Positions 25,131 to 38,485 of a stretch of 64,000 bases of DNA are shown here, in pieces. Position 1 is the stretch's first letter; every line of letters starts with the position of its first letter. The stretch comes from Eledone cirrhosa (lineage: Eukaryota), in NCBI GenBank assembly GCA_964016885.1, contig OZ024746.1, positions 51,832,001 to 51,896,000 on the forward strand, written 5' to 3'. Both the position numbers and the translations under genes were made by a program. A model generated the notes under the pieces. That model saw nothing but the letters and a program-made list of their open reading frames with translations. It was not told the origin of the DNA and did not search any database.

Positions 25131-28100
25131 AAAAAAAAACAACAAAAAGAAAACCCCGTGACCAAGAAATACCGGGATGGCGGCCGGCGGGGAATAGCCA
25201 TGTCTCTGGGGTAGAACGACCCCTCTAGTCTTGGTTGACACTCGTTCTAGAAGTGGTAACACGAAATGATTACCCCTTGGCGGATAAGGATAAAACGCGA
25301 CAAAATAAAGTAAATGTCTAATGATAAAATCTCATACCGGATCGGCCGTCACCCGGGTAAAAAAGGGCCGCGTCCTTCAGAGAGGAACCAGACTGGGGTC
25401 GAAAAATCAGCTAATGGTTCAAACCTTCCCATCACTTCGGAGCTGGAGACCTCCCATAACCGGAATACTCCTACTGTTGGCCCTCCATGCTCACCACCAA
25501 GAAATCCAAAGAAAAAGAGAGAAAAATGGTCAAGGGAAGATAATAAAGAAGTCCTTGAGGCTTTCTACACTGCCATGTACTACCCATCAAATACATCGAA
25601 TACAGAACAAACATATATCAACTGGAAAATAAAACATCCCGAAAACAGAGGCTATATTGACAGTAACAAACTAGCCAATATACGAAGAAATATTGTAAGA
25701 AAAAAGTTACTAACTGATATAGAAATTGATCAGATCAAGCTAGTAGCACAAAGTCAGCGAAGGGAAAATGAAGCATGTGTCAGTGAAAACGAGGTAAACT
25801 GTAACACTTCGAATCCCAGGGTTGGGGCGGAATCACTGGCAACAGAACAAATTAAAGAAAGGAGCGAAAAAGTGGAGGGAGTGCATGCTCAGGATGAAAC
25901 TCCAAATGAAAATAATGAGATCGTAAATGATAAAGAAATGAATGAGAATGAACTTGCCAACTTGAATGATGAAATTATGATCGAATGGATGAAAATGAAA
26001 GAATCTGACATGGGGCAACGAGACACCCTCCCTAAGATCCAGAACTCCAAACAGGACCAAAAGATAATACACAAGACTAACATAATTCTCAAAAACATTA
26101 TCATCACAAACTAAACATTACTGACTTAAATCATCTCTATTATGCATCGGCTAAAGTCACCACTCACTTATGTGGAGTGAAGATGAAAAAACAAAGGAAT
26201 TCCCACAAGAAATCTACTTGGCAAGATAACATCAATCGCCAAATAAACCTTCTCCGATCTGACATAGAAATTTTAACAAACTATAAAGTAGGTGAACATG
26301 TTAAACAAACTAAACTTAGAAAATTGAAAAAAAAGTACAGTATAAGATCAACATGTGACATATACATGCTGATAGAAACAATCAAGCAAAAAGTGTCGGC
26401 CAAAGCTGCTCGTATAAGGCGCTTTGAAAAACGATCTAGATTCTATAAGGACAATAATATGTTCAAAAACAACCAAAGAAACTTCTACAGAAAAATTGGT
26501 AAGTCAACAATAACTGCTAAATCAATACCACCCAAGGAGGAAGTGTAAGAATTCTGGGAAAAGATCTGGGCCGAAGAAAAAGTTCATAACATACATGCCC
26601 CATGGATAGACAGACAAATGAAAGAAACAGCTCACCTTGAAGAACAAACATGGGAAAATATAACAGTTGAACAGCTGCGCTTGGCTCTAAGAAAAACCAG
26701 CAAATGGAAATCCCCAGGAAAAGACAAAATACAAAACTTTTGGATAAATGCCTTCACAGAGTCTCATGAGCTGTTAGCCCAACTTTACAATGAAATAGTT
26801 AAGGAGCCAGAAAAGATACCATCATGGCTAGTTAACGGCATTACATTCCTGCTACTGAAGAATGATGAGACAAACAATCCCAAAAATTACAGACTGATAA
26901 CCTGCTTGACCACAATGTATAAAATTTTAACATCAGTCCTAACTGAATACACATATGACCACCTGATAACAAATGACCTATTTCCCATTGAGCAGAAAGG
27001 GTGTAAACGAGGCTCATATGGCTGTAAGGATCAGCTTCTGGTTAACAAAATGATACTGGAAGATTGTCATAATAGACACAAAAATCTATCGATTGCTTGG
27101 ATAGATTATAAAAAAGCATTCGATAGTTTGCCACACAGTTGGATTGAAAAATGTTTAGAGATTTTCAAAATATCCCCCGTTGTCAGGAGGTTTTTGTCAT
27201 TCAGTATGAGGACATGGAGAACGACACTCCTTTTGAATAGTGAAACAAAATCACTGGAAGCTGGAGAAGTTAACATTAATTGTGGAATTTTTCAGGGTGA
27301 CTCTTTATCACCGCTTTTATTCTGCATCGCACTTATACCATTAAGTAAAATGCTCAATGAAACAAAACATGGATATAGAGTCTATGACAAAACCATTAAT
27401 CACCTGTTCTACATGGATGACCTGAAACTATTTGCAAAAAATGATGAACAATTGCAAGGGCTATTATCCACTGTGAAGCAGTTCAGTGATGACATTAAAA
27501 TGGAGTTTGGACTGGATAAATGCGCCAAAGCAACGTTCACCAGAGGAAAGCTGCTGAAGAGTTCAGACATTAATCTTGATCGGGGGATCGTGATAAGAGA
27601 GCTTGATCAAGAAAAAACTTACAAATATCTAGGTGTTTGTGAAGGAGACGGAATCAAGCACTCGACAATGAGGGAAAGGATAAGGAAGGAATGTTACCGC
27701 AGAGTCAGAGCAATCTTAAGAACGGAATTGAATGCAAGGAATAGGATCGATGCCATAAACACGCTTGCCATACCAGTAGTAACCTACAGTTACAATGTCA
27801 TCAACTGGTCAAGCACAGAGATCCGTAGGCTCGATACAAAAATCCGAAAATTCTTAACCATGCACAGAATGCATCACCCTAAGGCAGACATAGATAGAAT
27901 ATATCTCCCTAGGAAAGAAGGAGGACGTGGGTTATTCCAGTTAGACATTGCGTTGAAAACTGCAACAATTGGATTATCGACATATCTAAGGGAATCACAT
28001 GATTGGATGATCAAACTCGTTTTGAAACACGAAAGCACCAAAAGATCATATTCCATTACAAAAGATGCACAAAGGTACAGTAATGGACTACAAATTTCAA

Positions 28101-29100
28101 AAGTCCCATTTACTGCTGAAATGGAAAACACAGAAAAAGCAAAGCAGGTAAAAGTAACTGCAAAGAAAGAACTGCTACAGAAACTGGCTAAGAAATGGCA
28201 AGAAAAGCCTCTGTATGGAAAATACCCAGAGCGAGCTAACAATCCTGATGTTGACAAAACTTTAACCCATCAGTGGTTGGCATCCTCTGGACTGAAATCG
28301 GAGACTGAAGGACTGATTATATCAGCACAAAATCAGTGTCTGCCAACAAAAAATTACCAAGCCAACATAATAAAAAATGGGTGCAGCCCATTATGCCGTG
28401 TATGCAAAAAACAACCAGAGACCATTGACCATATAATTTCAATGTGCAGTCCTATAGCTCCAACCGAATACCTAAACAGGCATGACAGAGCTGCACAATA
28501 CATACATTGGATAATGTGTAAGCATTTTGACCTGCCCCATCAAAAGAATTGGTGGCAGCATCAACCACCTCCCATACTTGAAAAAGATCACATCTCAATC
28601 TTGTGGAACTTTAGCATCCAAACAGACCGAAAAATAGATGCAAATAGACCTGATATAATATTGAAGGACTTTCAAAGGAGGGTATGCCTGCTAATTGATA
28701 TGTCTGTTCCAATAAACAAGAATGTATCTATAAAAACATTTGAAAAATTGAGCAAGTATAAGGACCTGGAGATAGAAATTGGAAACATGTGGAAATTGAG
28801 AACTAAAACAATATCAGTGGTTGTAGGCGCTCTGGGAATGATACCTAAGGGGTCTAACGACTACTTATCGCAAATCCCAGGAAACCCGCGTATAGGAGAA
28901 ATACAAAAGATAGTACTAATGGGATCTGCCCATATACTAAGGAAGATCCTGTCAATATAAGTACATCACAAGTCTAAACACTAAGGATGCATGTGTGAAT
29001 ATGTATGTTCTTTCTTGAACATGGCGGACCTTGTTGTCTCTTGAGGTCACTGGTTGTGACTTGGTGATAACTCGTATGAACATAAAGCAAGATAAATGCA
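25131..29100 (+). pseudogene. R4/Dong family B, full length but disrupted
   Basis: ORF pieces 25314-26114, 26177-26548 and 26618-28960 (YMDD, CRVC..HIISMC, RHD, RPDIILKD). Frameshift near 26110 and stop at 26546-26548. AT-rich and diverged from family A; ends in (AAT)n. Confidence 0.9.
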
Positions 29101-29120
29101 AATAATAATAATAATAATAA

Positions 29121-31248
29121 CAATGACTGCTTGGTGTCGGGTGAGGTGCCAGAGTGGTTGACAAAAGGTACCACAGTTCTGATAATGAAAGACCGAATCA
29201 AGGGTAATGATGTTACCAACTATAGACGTATCACATGTCTGTCCGTAATGTGGAAACTGTTGACGAGCATTGTGTCTGAGGAAATCTACCATCACCTCCA
29301 CACAAACAACTTGTTACCGGACGAACAGAAAGGATGCCGAAAGAAGTCACGTGGTACAAAGGACCAGTTACTTATTGATAAGATGGTAATGGGGAATTGC
29401 AGGAGGAGACACACTGATCTTGCCATGGGATGGATAGACTACAGAAAGGCATTTGACATGGTGCCTCATTCTTGGATCACCAAAAGCCTGGAGATCTTCA
29501 AGGTGGCAGATAACATCAGACAGTTGCTGGGCAGGAGTATGGGGTCCTGGGAGACAGAGTTGACATCAACTGGAGAATCCTTGGGAAGCGTGAAGATCAA
29601 GAGAGGTATCTTCCAGGGAGATAGCCTGTCCCCTCTGTTGTTTGTCCTTGCCCTGATGCCCTTGACCATTATGCTGCGAAAAGTGAGAGCAGGATACAAG
29701 TTGGGAAAGGGAGAGCTTACCATCAATTAACTCCTCTTTATGGACGATCTTAAGCTCTTCGGGAAGAGTGAGAAGGAGTTGGATGTGCTTGTTGACACTG
29801 TCCGTATTTTCAGCAGTGATATATGTATGCAGTTTGGTATTAGTAAGTGTGGAGTCATTGTGATGAGGAGGGGTAGGTTGAGCAGAAGTAACGGAATCCA
29901 AATACCAACAGGTGAGATGATAAAGGAAATTGACTCTGAGGAAGGATACAAGTATTTGGGCGTTCTGGAGGCTGATGGCATAAAGAACAAAAAAATGAAG
30001 GAATTGTTAAGAACTGAATACATTCGGAGAGTAAGGAGCGTATTGAAGTCACATCTGAACAGCAGAAATGCCATAAGCGCAGTAAATTCCCGAGCTGTGT
30101 CCATTATTAGGTACAGTGCGGGAATTCTGAGATGGAATGTTGCTGAACAAAAAGAAATGGATAGGAAGACTAGGAAGCTATTGACTATCTACAACATGTT
30201 CCACAAGAGGAGTGATGTCGATAGACTCTACCTAAGGAGATCTGAGGGTGGAAGAGGTCTCATCAGCATAGAGGACTGTGTTCAGATGGAGAAAAACAAC
30301 CTATACAAATACGTGACTGATAGTAAGGAGCCAATGCTCAGAACTGTACTGAAGGAGGGGACGATAGGCCAGGGGATGTCCAAGGAGGAAATAACATCAA
30401 AGAGAAAGAGCAGCCTTCAGGGAAAATCCCTTCATAGTACCTTCTTTGAGAAAACTGAATTTAGAGATCCACAGATATGGAACTGGTTGAGAAGAGGAGA
30501 CCTCAAAAAGGCTACAGAAGGAATGTTAATGGCTGCGCAGGAGCAGGCCCTCAAAACGAAGTGGTTGAAACACCATATTTACAAGGAGGAGGCTAGCCCA
30601 CTGTGCAGGATCTGTGGAGAGAGAGAGGAGACTGTGGCTCACATTGTATCCGAGTGTAAACACCTAGCCCAGACCCCCTATAAGGGCTGGATACATGATG
30701 TGATGGGCAGGGTGATCCACTGGCACCTGTGCAAAGTAAACAATTTACCACATTCTGAGAAATGGTATGAGCATAGGCCAGAGGCGGTGATGGAGAACGA
30801 TCAGGTGAAGGTGCTGTGGGATTTTAGGATACAGACGGACAAGAAACTGGAACACAATAGACCTGACCTGGTGGTTGTGGACAAAGAAAAAAGATCGTGT
30901 CTGATTGTGGATGTGGCCTGCCCATTCGGCACGAGAGTGCAAGAGAAGGAGAGGGAGAAAATTAACCGATACCAGGACTTAAAGTGGGAGGTAAAAAGGA
31001 TTTGGAACTGCATGAAGTCAAAGTGATCCCGATTGTCATAGGCGCACTGGGGACTATCTCCAAAAGTTTCCAGGGATGGTTAAACAAAATCGGCCCCTTC
31101 ACGCTTTTTGGAACGCTTCAAAAGGCATGCTTGCTGGGAACAGCAAGAACCCTCCGATACGTCCTGAATATCTGAGGCTGCAGGTAGTGGCTTGATATTC
31201 ATTCCAACGGACTTTCCAGTTAACCAACATCAATGACTGAGATTCAAG

Positions 31249-31250
<2 letters not shown>
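29121..31250 (+). pseudogene. Dong family A copy 3, 5'-truncated with stop (29728-29730) and frameshift (~31010)
   Basis: Matches family A from CAATGACTGCTTGG onward with scattered substitutions; same 3' UTR + (AAT)n. Confidence 0.92.
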
Positions 31251-31298
<48 letters not shown>

Positions 31299-31305
31299 GT
31301 AATAA

Positions 31306-32524
31306 ATATATGTATGCAGTTGGGTATTGGTAAATGTGTAGTCATTGTGATGAGGAGGGGTAGGTTGAGCAGAAGTAACGGGATCCAGATACCAACAGGT
31401 GAGATGATAAAGGAAATTGACTCTGAGGAAGGATACAAGTATTTGGGCGTTCTGGAGGCTGATGGCATAAAGAACAAAAAAATGAAGGAATTGTTAAGAA
31501 CTGAATACATTCGGAGAGTAAGGAGCGTATTGAAGTCACATCTGAACAGCAGAAATGCCATAAGCGCAGTAAATTCCCGAGCTGTGTCTATTATTAGGTA
31601 CAGTGCGGGAATTCTGAGATGGAATGTTGCTGAACAAAAAGAAATGGATAGGAAGACTAGGAAGCTATTGACTATCTACAACATGTTCCACAAGAGGAGT
31701 GATGTCGATAGACTCTACCTAAGGAGATCTGAGGGTGGAAGAGGTCTTATCAGCATAGAGGACTGTGTTCAGATGGAGAAAAACAACCTATACAAATACG
31801 TGACCTATAGTAAGGAGCCAATGCTCAGAGCTGTACTGAAGGAGGGGACAGTAGGCCAGGGGATACCCAAGGAGGAAATAACATCAAGGAGGAAGAGCAG
31901 CCTTAAGGGAAAATCCCTTCATAGTACCTTCTTTGAGAAAACTGAATTTAGAGATCCACAGACATGGAACTGGTTGAGAAGAGGAGACCTCAAAAAGGCT
32001 ACAGAAGGAATGCTAATGGCTGCACATTCTGAGAAATGGTATGAGCATAGGCCAGAGGCGGTGATGGAGAACGATCAGGTGAAGGTGCTGTGGGATTTTA
32101 GGATACAGACGGACAAAAAACTGGAACACAATAGACCTGACCTGGTGGTTGTGGACAAAGAAAAAAGATCGTGCCTGATTGTGGATGTGGCCTGCCCGTT
32201 CGACACGAGAGTGCAAGAGAAGGAGAGGGAGAAAATTAACCGATACCAGGACCTAAAGTGGGAGGTGAAAAGGATTTGGAACTGCCATGAAGTCAAAGTG
32301 ATCCCGATTGTCATAGGCGCACTGGGGACTATCTCCAAAGGTTTCCAGGGATGGTTAAAGAAAATCGGCCCCTTCACGCTTTTTGGAACGCTTCAAAAGG
32401 CATGCTTGCTTGGAACGGCAAGAACCCTCCGATACGTCCTGAATATCTGAGGCTGCAGGTAGTGGCTTGATATTCAATCCAACGGACTTTCCAGTTAACC
32501 AACATCAATGACTGAGATTCAAGG
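31306..32524 (+). pseudogene. Dong family A copy 4, 5'-truncated with 213-bp in-frame internal deletion
   Basis: Junction ATGGCTGC|ACATTCTGAG at 32023/32024 skips the sequence equivalent to 19483-19695. Confidence 0.92.
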
Positions 32525-32563
32525 AATAACAATAACAATAATAATAATAATAATAATAATAAT

Positions 32564-32740
32564 GTCTACTTTTGGCACAAGGCCAGCAATTACACAGTGT
32601 ATTACTGGTACTTTATTTTATCGACCCTATAAGGATGAAAGGCAAAGTTAACCTCGGCAGGATTTGAACTCAGAATGGCAAGGGCCGTAACTCTATGCGT
32701 CAAAGCATGGCGTCCGACCCTCTACCGATACTGCCAATCC
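32564..32740 (-). mobile_element. SINE family 1, near full length, with (ATT)n tail
   Basis: Minus strand GGATTGGCAGTATCGGTAGAG...CTGAGTTCAAATCCTGCCGAGG...GGCCTTGTGCCAAAAG + (ATT)n; AATAATAATAA on the other side. Confidence 0.8.
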
Positions 32741-32812
32741 AATAATAATAAGTTTCAGAACATCCCGTTAAGGGTGAAAGCAGCGATTCTTTGCTTAAAC
32801 TTTAATCTGTTA

Positions 32813-32854
<42 letters not shown>

Positions 32855-32858
<4 letters not shown>

Positions 32859-33629
32859 TTAGAAACACACAGATACATGCGGACACACACATATACATGA
32901 ATGCATCCGCACCCAACCGTGAGTTAAGTGTGCCAACTTCACCGATGTTGCTCAATGAATGACTGGGACAGACCAATCCGGTTTAACCAGACTGAACCAG
33001 TATCAGAGTTAAAAATACATTATGAAGAGAGAAGAAACATTTAGATATAATTAGTAATAAAATGTATCATACCTAAACTGCTCCTAGATTCCTCGACTAC
33101 GTAGTTTCGTGGCATAAACAAAAACAATACATCATAAAGATATAGAGTCCTTGCGAGGTCTGCCGACTTATCAAGAGGATACCTCATTTTACTAGTCTCA
33201 AGAACGCGTCTACACGACGTGAGAAAGAATCCCAAAAGGCGGAGGGGGAGATAGTCACGCGATATAACGGTCGAGAAACAGAGCTAAGCCTCTTATAACC
33301 CCGAAGAAAATACCACGGAGGCGGAGGGGGTATTTATATCGAAGCCGTAGAAGAGGTGGTGAAGGGGGCGAGAAGTATGAGTAATGGAAGCTTTCCAGCA
33401 GTCCCCACACTTCAAAGATTGCTCGACCAGAGGGAGTTATTAACAATATATTTAGAAACACACAGATACATGCGGACACACACATATACATGAATGCATC
33501 CGCACCCAACCGTGAGTTAAGGGTGCCAACTTCACCGATGTTGCTCAATGAATGACTGGGACAGACCAATCCGGTTGAACCAGACTGAATAATTATTACT
33601 AATTATATCTAAATGTTTCTTCTCTCTTC

Positions 33630-33633
<4 letters not shown>
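32855..33633. mobile_element. Element with ~140-bp direct repeats plus 42-bp inverted segment, in (TA)n (Penelope-pLTR-like geometry)
   Basis: 32855-32996 is nearly identical to 33448-33589; 33019-33060 is the reverse complement of 33592-33633. Confidence 0.7.
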
Positions 33634-33710
<77 letters not shown>

Positions 33711-33713
<3 letters not shown>

Positions 33714-33926
33714 AAGAGGGTGTGGTAAGATATCAGGTGGACCATAACGCACCAGAATACTCAATACTTACGGTAGTTGAGTGGGTAATAGGAAAAGAGT
33801 CAGGACCCCGACGGCTGAGCTCCAGCCGTTTCGACATCTAGATCCGAACAATTTTCATATCCTTGTTCGGATCTAGATGTCGAAATGGCTGCAGCTCAGC
33901 CGTCGGGGTCCTGACTCTTTTCCTAT
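33711..33926. mobile_element. Tail+hairpin fold-back element, copy 2
   Basis: Same ~77-bp segment as 1281; arms 33788-33851 / 33863-33926 (2 mismatches), 11-nt loop. Confidence 0.85.
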
Positions 33927-33936
33927 ATAATATATA

Positions 33937-34058
<122 letters not shown>

Positions 34059-34499
34059 GAGGGGGGGATAATGAGTGTTGAAATAGAAACATGAGTAGGC
34101 AATTGGATAGATAGGAACAAAGGACAGAGACAAACAGACAGACACATAACAGACACAGGCAGGAAGACATATTTGGAATTTTGTCTTAGGAATACAAATG
34201 GTAACGCTTGGATGCAGTTGTTGAAATTTTCAAGTGCAGATCTTTCTTATAACCATGCTGTGCAAGTGCCAAGAACTGAGAGAAAGTATGCTGTAATACT
34301 TTCAGGATGACTCCAACCATGACCTGAGGAGGTATTTCCGTTAGTGTTTGCATTTCCCTAATATATCCGACTTAGAAATATATTCAATACGTCTGATTGT
34401 CTCATGTTTTTTAGTATTAGGTTTTCTTGCCAGTATATAAATTACAGGAAGAACAACAATAATTGTATTTTGTACATTGCTGAGTAAAGACTAATATTT

Positions 34500-34825
34500 A
34501 CTCACCACACAACATCACACCCCGCTACACAGACAGTCTTACACCACTGTACACCACGCCACCACACCGTACCACACTACTTCACCACCACACCGTATCA
34601 CACTACTACACCACCATTCTACACCACACCACCACACCGTACCACACATCTACACCACCACTCTACACCATACCAGCACACCGTACCACACTACTACACC
34701 ACCACTCAATACCACGCCACCACACCGTACCACACTACTACACCACCACACCGTACCACACTACTACACCACCACACCGTACCACACTACACCACCACCA
34801 CTCTACACCATACCACCACACGACA
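34500..34825. repeat. Degenerate CACCA/CACTA-based minisatellite
   Basis: Repeated CACCACCACACCGTACCACACTACTA units. Confidence 0.9.
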
Positions 34826-35208
34826 CAACAGACATAAGCAGATGATCGCCTCTCACCTAAAAATCCACCACCTCCACTTCGCCGTACCTGTTCCTTTTCC
34901 TACACTTCTTGCTCCTCATCCTTCTCTTCTACCTCGTCCTCCTCATACTTTCCTACCTCGTCCTCTTCCTCCTTCTCCCCCCCCCTCCTCCTCCTTCTCC
35001 TCACTACAGATGTATTTAACATGTTTTTATCAACTAATTCACTGATTTCTTTCACATATGTATCTGTCTTTCTCATCTCACTTTATTATTTCACCCCCAC
35101 CTAACTACCTCTCCAGCTTCTTATCTAAATATCAGTCTTTTGTATTTATCTACCTTTCCTCCCACCTTACTTCTTATCTATCTATCTATCTATCTATATA
35201 TCTATCTA

Positions 35209-35241
<33 letters not shown>

Positions 35242-35253
35242 CAATCTATCTAC

Positions 35254-35285
<32 letters not shown>

Positions 35286-35322
35286 ATCAATATATCTATC
35301 TATTATCTATCTATCTATCTAT

Positions 35323-36053
35323 AGTTCGAGACAAGCTCTACAGGCACGGACGCCCGGGCTGAGATCCCGCAAAAAGGATCTGTCCGAGATACGAGCGGGA
35401 CATTGAAACCGTCTCGCACGCAGTCGTACACTGCCCGGGCGTAACCGACCTGTGGAGCTACGTAGAGCGACTACTGTCACGTGTGGGACAAATACAGTTG
35501 ACCGCCGAGTCCATAGTTAGAATAAAATCGCCCCCCCCCCCCCCCCCCTTAAAAACGAAGGAGAGGCGGTTTTTCTCTGTATGGTGGCTATGGCAAAAGA
35601 GGTAATATGGTGGACGAGATTGAGAGGGCTGAGGACAGATGCCTTTCTCTCCGGACAACAAACTATTACCTTCTTTAAATACCATTTCAGAAGGAACATA
35701 AGAGTGGAGAGAGAAGCGCTGCATCCCAGCCAATTTGCTGAAAGGTGGGTGAATGTAGCGAAAATGGCCCGAGTGATTGGGCCTTCTCTGTATATAAACT
35801 TATAGGCCAAGGAAGAGGAAGAAAGGAGGAAAGGAGCACTTGCACTCCGTGCTCCTGGAGTTGAGGGTTGTTATTTCTACGGGGTATGCAACAACCCGTA
35901 GAAGCGCCTCCGCCTTATTGCGGATTTCGATTGTTGATTTGCTTTGTTAAACTGTTGTTATTTTCATTTCTTACTCGACTACATGTAAAATCCCCGCTAT
36001 ATGTCATTGTACTGCCCCATAGGTTGTCGCCCTTGTGGCTAATAAATAGAAAT
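35323..36053 (+). pseudogene. 5'-truncated Tx1-clade copy within (TATC)n
   Basis: Encodes the ORF2 C-terminus (AKEVIWWTRL...FAERWVNVAKMARV); 3' end CCCTTGTGGCTAATAAA; TATC repeats on both sides. Confidence 0.88.
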
Positions 36054-36154
36054 GTATCTATCTATATCTATCTACCTATATATATCTATCTATCCATCCA
36101 TCCATTCATCCCATACATCCACCCATCCAACTATCCATCCATCCATCCATCCAT

Positions 36155-36215
<61 letters not shown>

Positions 36216-36340
36216 AAAGTTCTATTTAAAGTTGTTGGGATACAAGTAAATATTTTTATAACTTATATAAAGCACTCGACAATTTTTTGGAGTAGATATA
36301 CGATATTAATAAATGGAAACTATATTTATAAAACCATATT

Positions 36341-36405
36341 TATTTCATTATACATATTTCAGGGATACCACATTAAATTATGGTATGCCTTCATCAGACA
36401 AAATA
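36341..36405 (-). ncRNA. Minimal type I hammerhead ribozyme (Penelope pLTR type)
   Basis: Minus strand: TATTTTGT-CTGATGA-AGGCATACCATA-ATTTAA-TGTGGTATCCCT-GAAA-T-ATGT-A-TA-ATGAAATA. Intact core; stem I 8 bp (2 GU), long stem II, 2-bp stem III, AUA cleavage triplet. Confidence 0.75.
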
Positions 36406-38424
36406 CAATATATAACAGTTTTACAAATAGGTTTGACGTACCCTTTAAAATACAACCATTACTTTTGGAGGCTGTCTGGATAGTGATTTGTTTATATAAT
36501 AAGTCATAGTGTTAAGCACAATTAGAAAAAGGCGGAGAGAAAGAAAGAGAAAAGAACAAAGACAGAGAGAGAGAGAAAGAAAAGAGAAAGAAAACCTGGA
36601 GAAATATCGGAGAGAGAGAGAAATGTATGGAGAAAAGAAAGAGATAAATAAAGATAGGAGGAAATAAAAAAGAAAGAAAAGGAGGGAATAAGAAAAACAA
36701 AGGAAAGCCACAGAGAGTTATCAAGTCATCATACAGAAAGAGAAACTCAAGAGAGAGAAATACTATATAGAGAAAGGGGGACAGTGACAACTTTACGTCA
36801 TGTCATATTAAGTTGAGTTAACAATTTATATGAAATGAATAATAAAAATATAAATATAAGTATCAATATTCATGAATGGGACATAGATATATAATATGAG
36901 AAATTAAACATTGTTCAATAATGACCATATGTTTAGTTTAGAAACTTGAGATCAATATACCAAAACCTGAGTTCCAAATGTAACCTTGCTATAGAGATTA
37001 GTATTTTATGCAAAGACATACAAATATATATGTATATATACATACATATAGATACGCACGTCCTGAAAATAGAAATTATGTTTACTCAAGCCAACAATAT
37101 AGCCATACAAAACGTAAATGATTTCTCTTAATCACTGCTATACACTCATTGTGTTATAAAAATTTCACAGTATATATATATATACAAATATATACGATTA
37201 ACAATCATGTCCTCATATATACGATTACCATTCATGTGTTTATATATATAAGGCAGTTTACGTGTATATCTGTATGTGTATGTATATACATATATACATG
37301 TTACTATTAGCGAACTCTAAAATGAGTATTCAGTATCATAGATATTAATTCTTTATTAAGGCTGATCCTGATGCCTATTACTTTGGAGTTTTACTGTTAC
37401 TCCTGACAGTCTATAACTGCCACACCTGAGTATGTATATCTGTTAGAACACGAAAAGTGTGAAACAACAGAATGTTCACTTTTCGTGTTCTAACATATAT
37501 GCGTAGCTTCTTAAAAAATTTTTCAGGGATAGCCGTGGTGGTGGTGATCGTATGTCATTGGCTAATTTTCAACCAATCAGAGTACCTCTCTCTATATCTC
37601 TTCCACTGTTACTTACGCCTGTTTCTCTCTATCTGTTCCGTCTCTATATATATCTCTTACTCTTTCGCTTTGCACTCCTCCCCTTCAATACCATCTCTCC
37701 CCCTCTCTATATATTTGTTACTCTATCGCTGCACGCTCCTCTCCTTCAATATATCAATTACACACGCTTTACACTCCTTTATCCCCAGCGCCCCTATATA
37801 TACACCCCCCCTCTCCCGCATCTATATTTTAATGTACCGTTGCACCGTGAATATATGTGTCTATATATATATACATATATATTGTATATACACATTCATG
37901 TATGTGTATACACACTCATGTATGTATATACACTGGTTTTATGTGTGTATTGTAAATTTGTACTGTTAAAACACGAAACTAACATTCGATTGACACTTTG
38001 ATTACCTGTACAGGCAATAGTTATTAGAATGCTGTTGAAGTGTGTATATATTTTTGGGGGACATCCTGTATATACACACATTATATATAATACAATAAAC
38101 AGATAAATACACACATATATATATGAGCTTATTTAATTATAAATATTGTGAATTTTTAACTCAGTTCAATTATATATATAAATGGTTTCTACAGGACTAG
38201 AACTGTTTCATTCGAAAGAAATCATCATAATATTGAGAGGGGGGACTAGATAAAATATTTCAAATCAAATGTGTATAAGTTATAAGTTAAAATGTATAAA
38301 TAGAGACGATAGTGGAGGTATATCTGTTTAGTGGAACAGTAGACGATAGAATTAAATACAGACGATAATCTCCCTTTAATGAAACAGCAGACGATAGAAT
38401 TAAGGCAATTTAAATTTTAAGCAT

Positions 38425-38485
38425 TTGCATTTTTGCCTTTCATCGTTACGGGGTCGATAAAATAAAGTACCAGTAATACACTGTC
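38425..38485 (+). mobile_element. SINE family 1 fragment
   Basis: TTTGCCTTTCATCG..ACGGGGTCGATAAAATAAAGTACCAGTAATACACTG. Confidence 0.65.

Noticed and set aside
31233-31305. 405-aa ORF starting in the upstream 3' UTR with poly-Ile
   Set aside because: Chance in-frame read-through of the (AAT)n junction into a truncated, RT-less copy.
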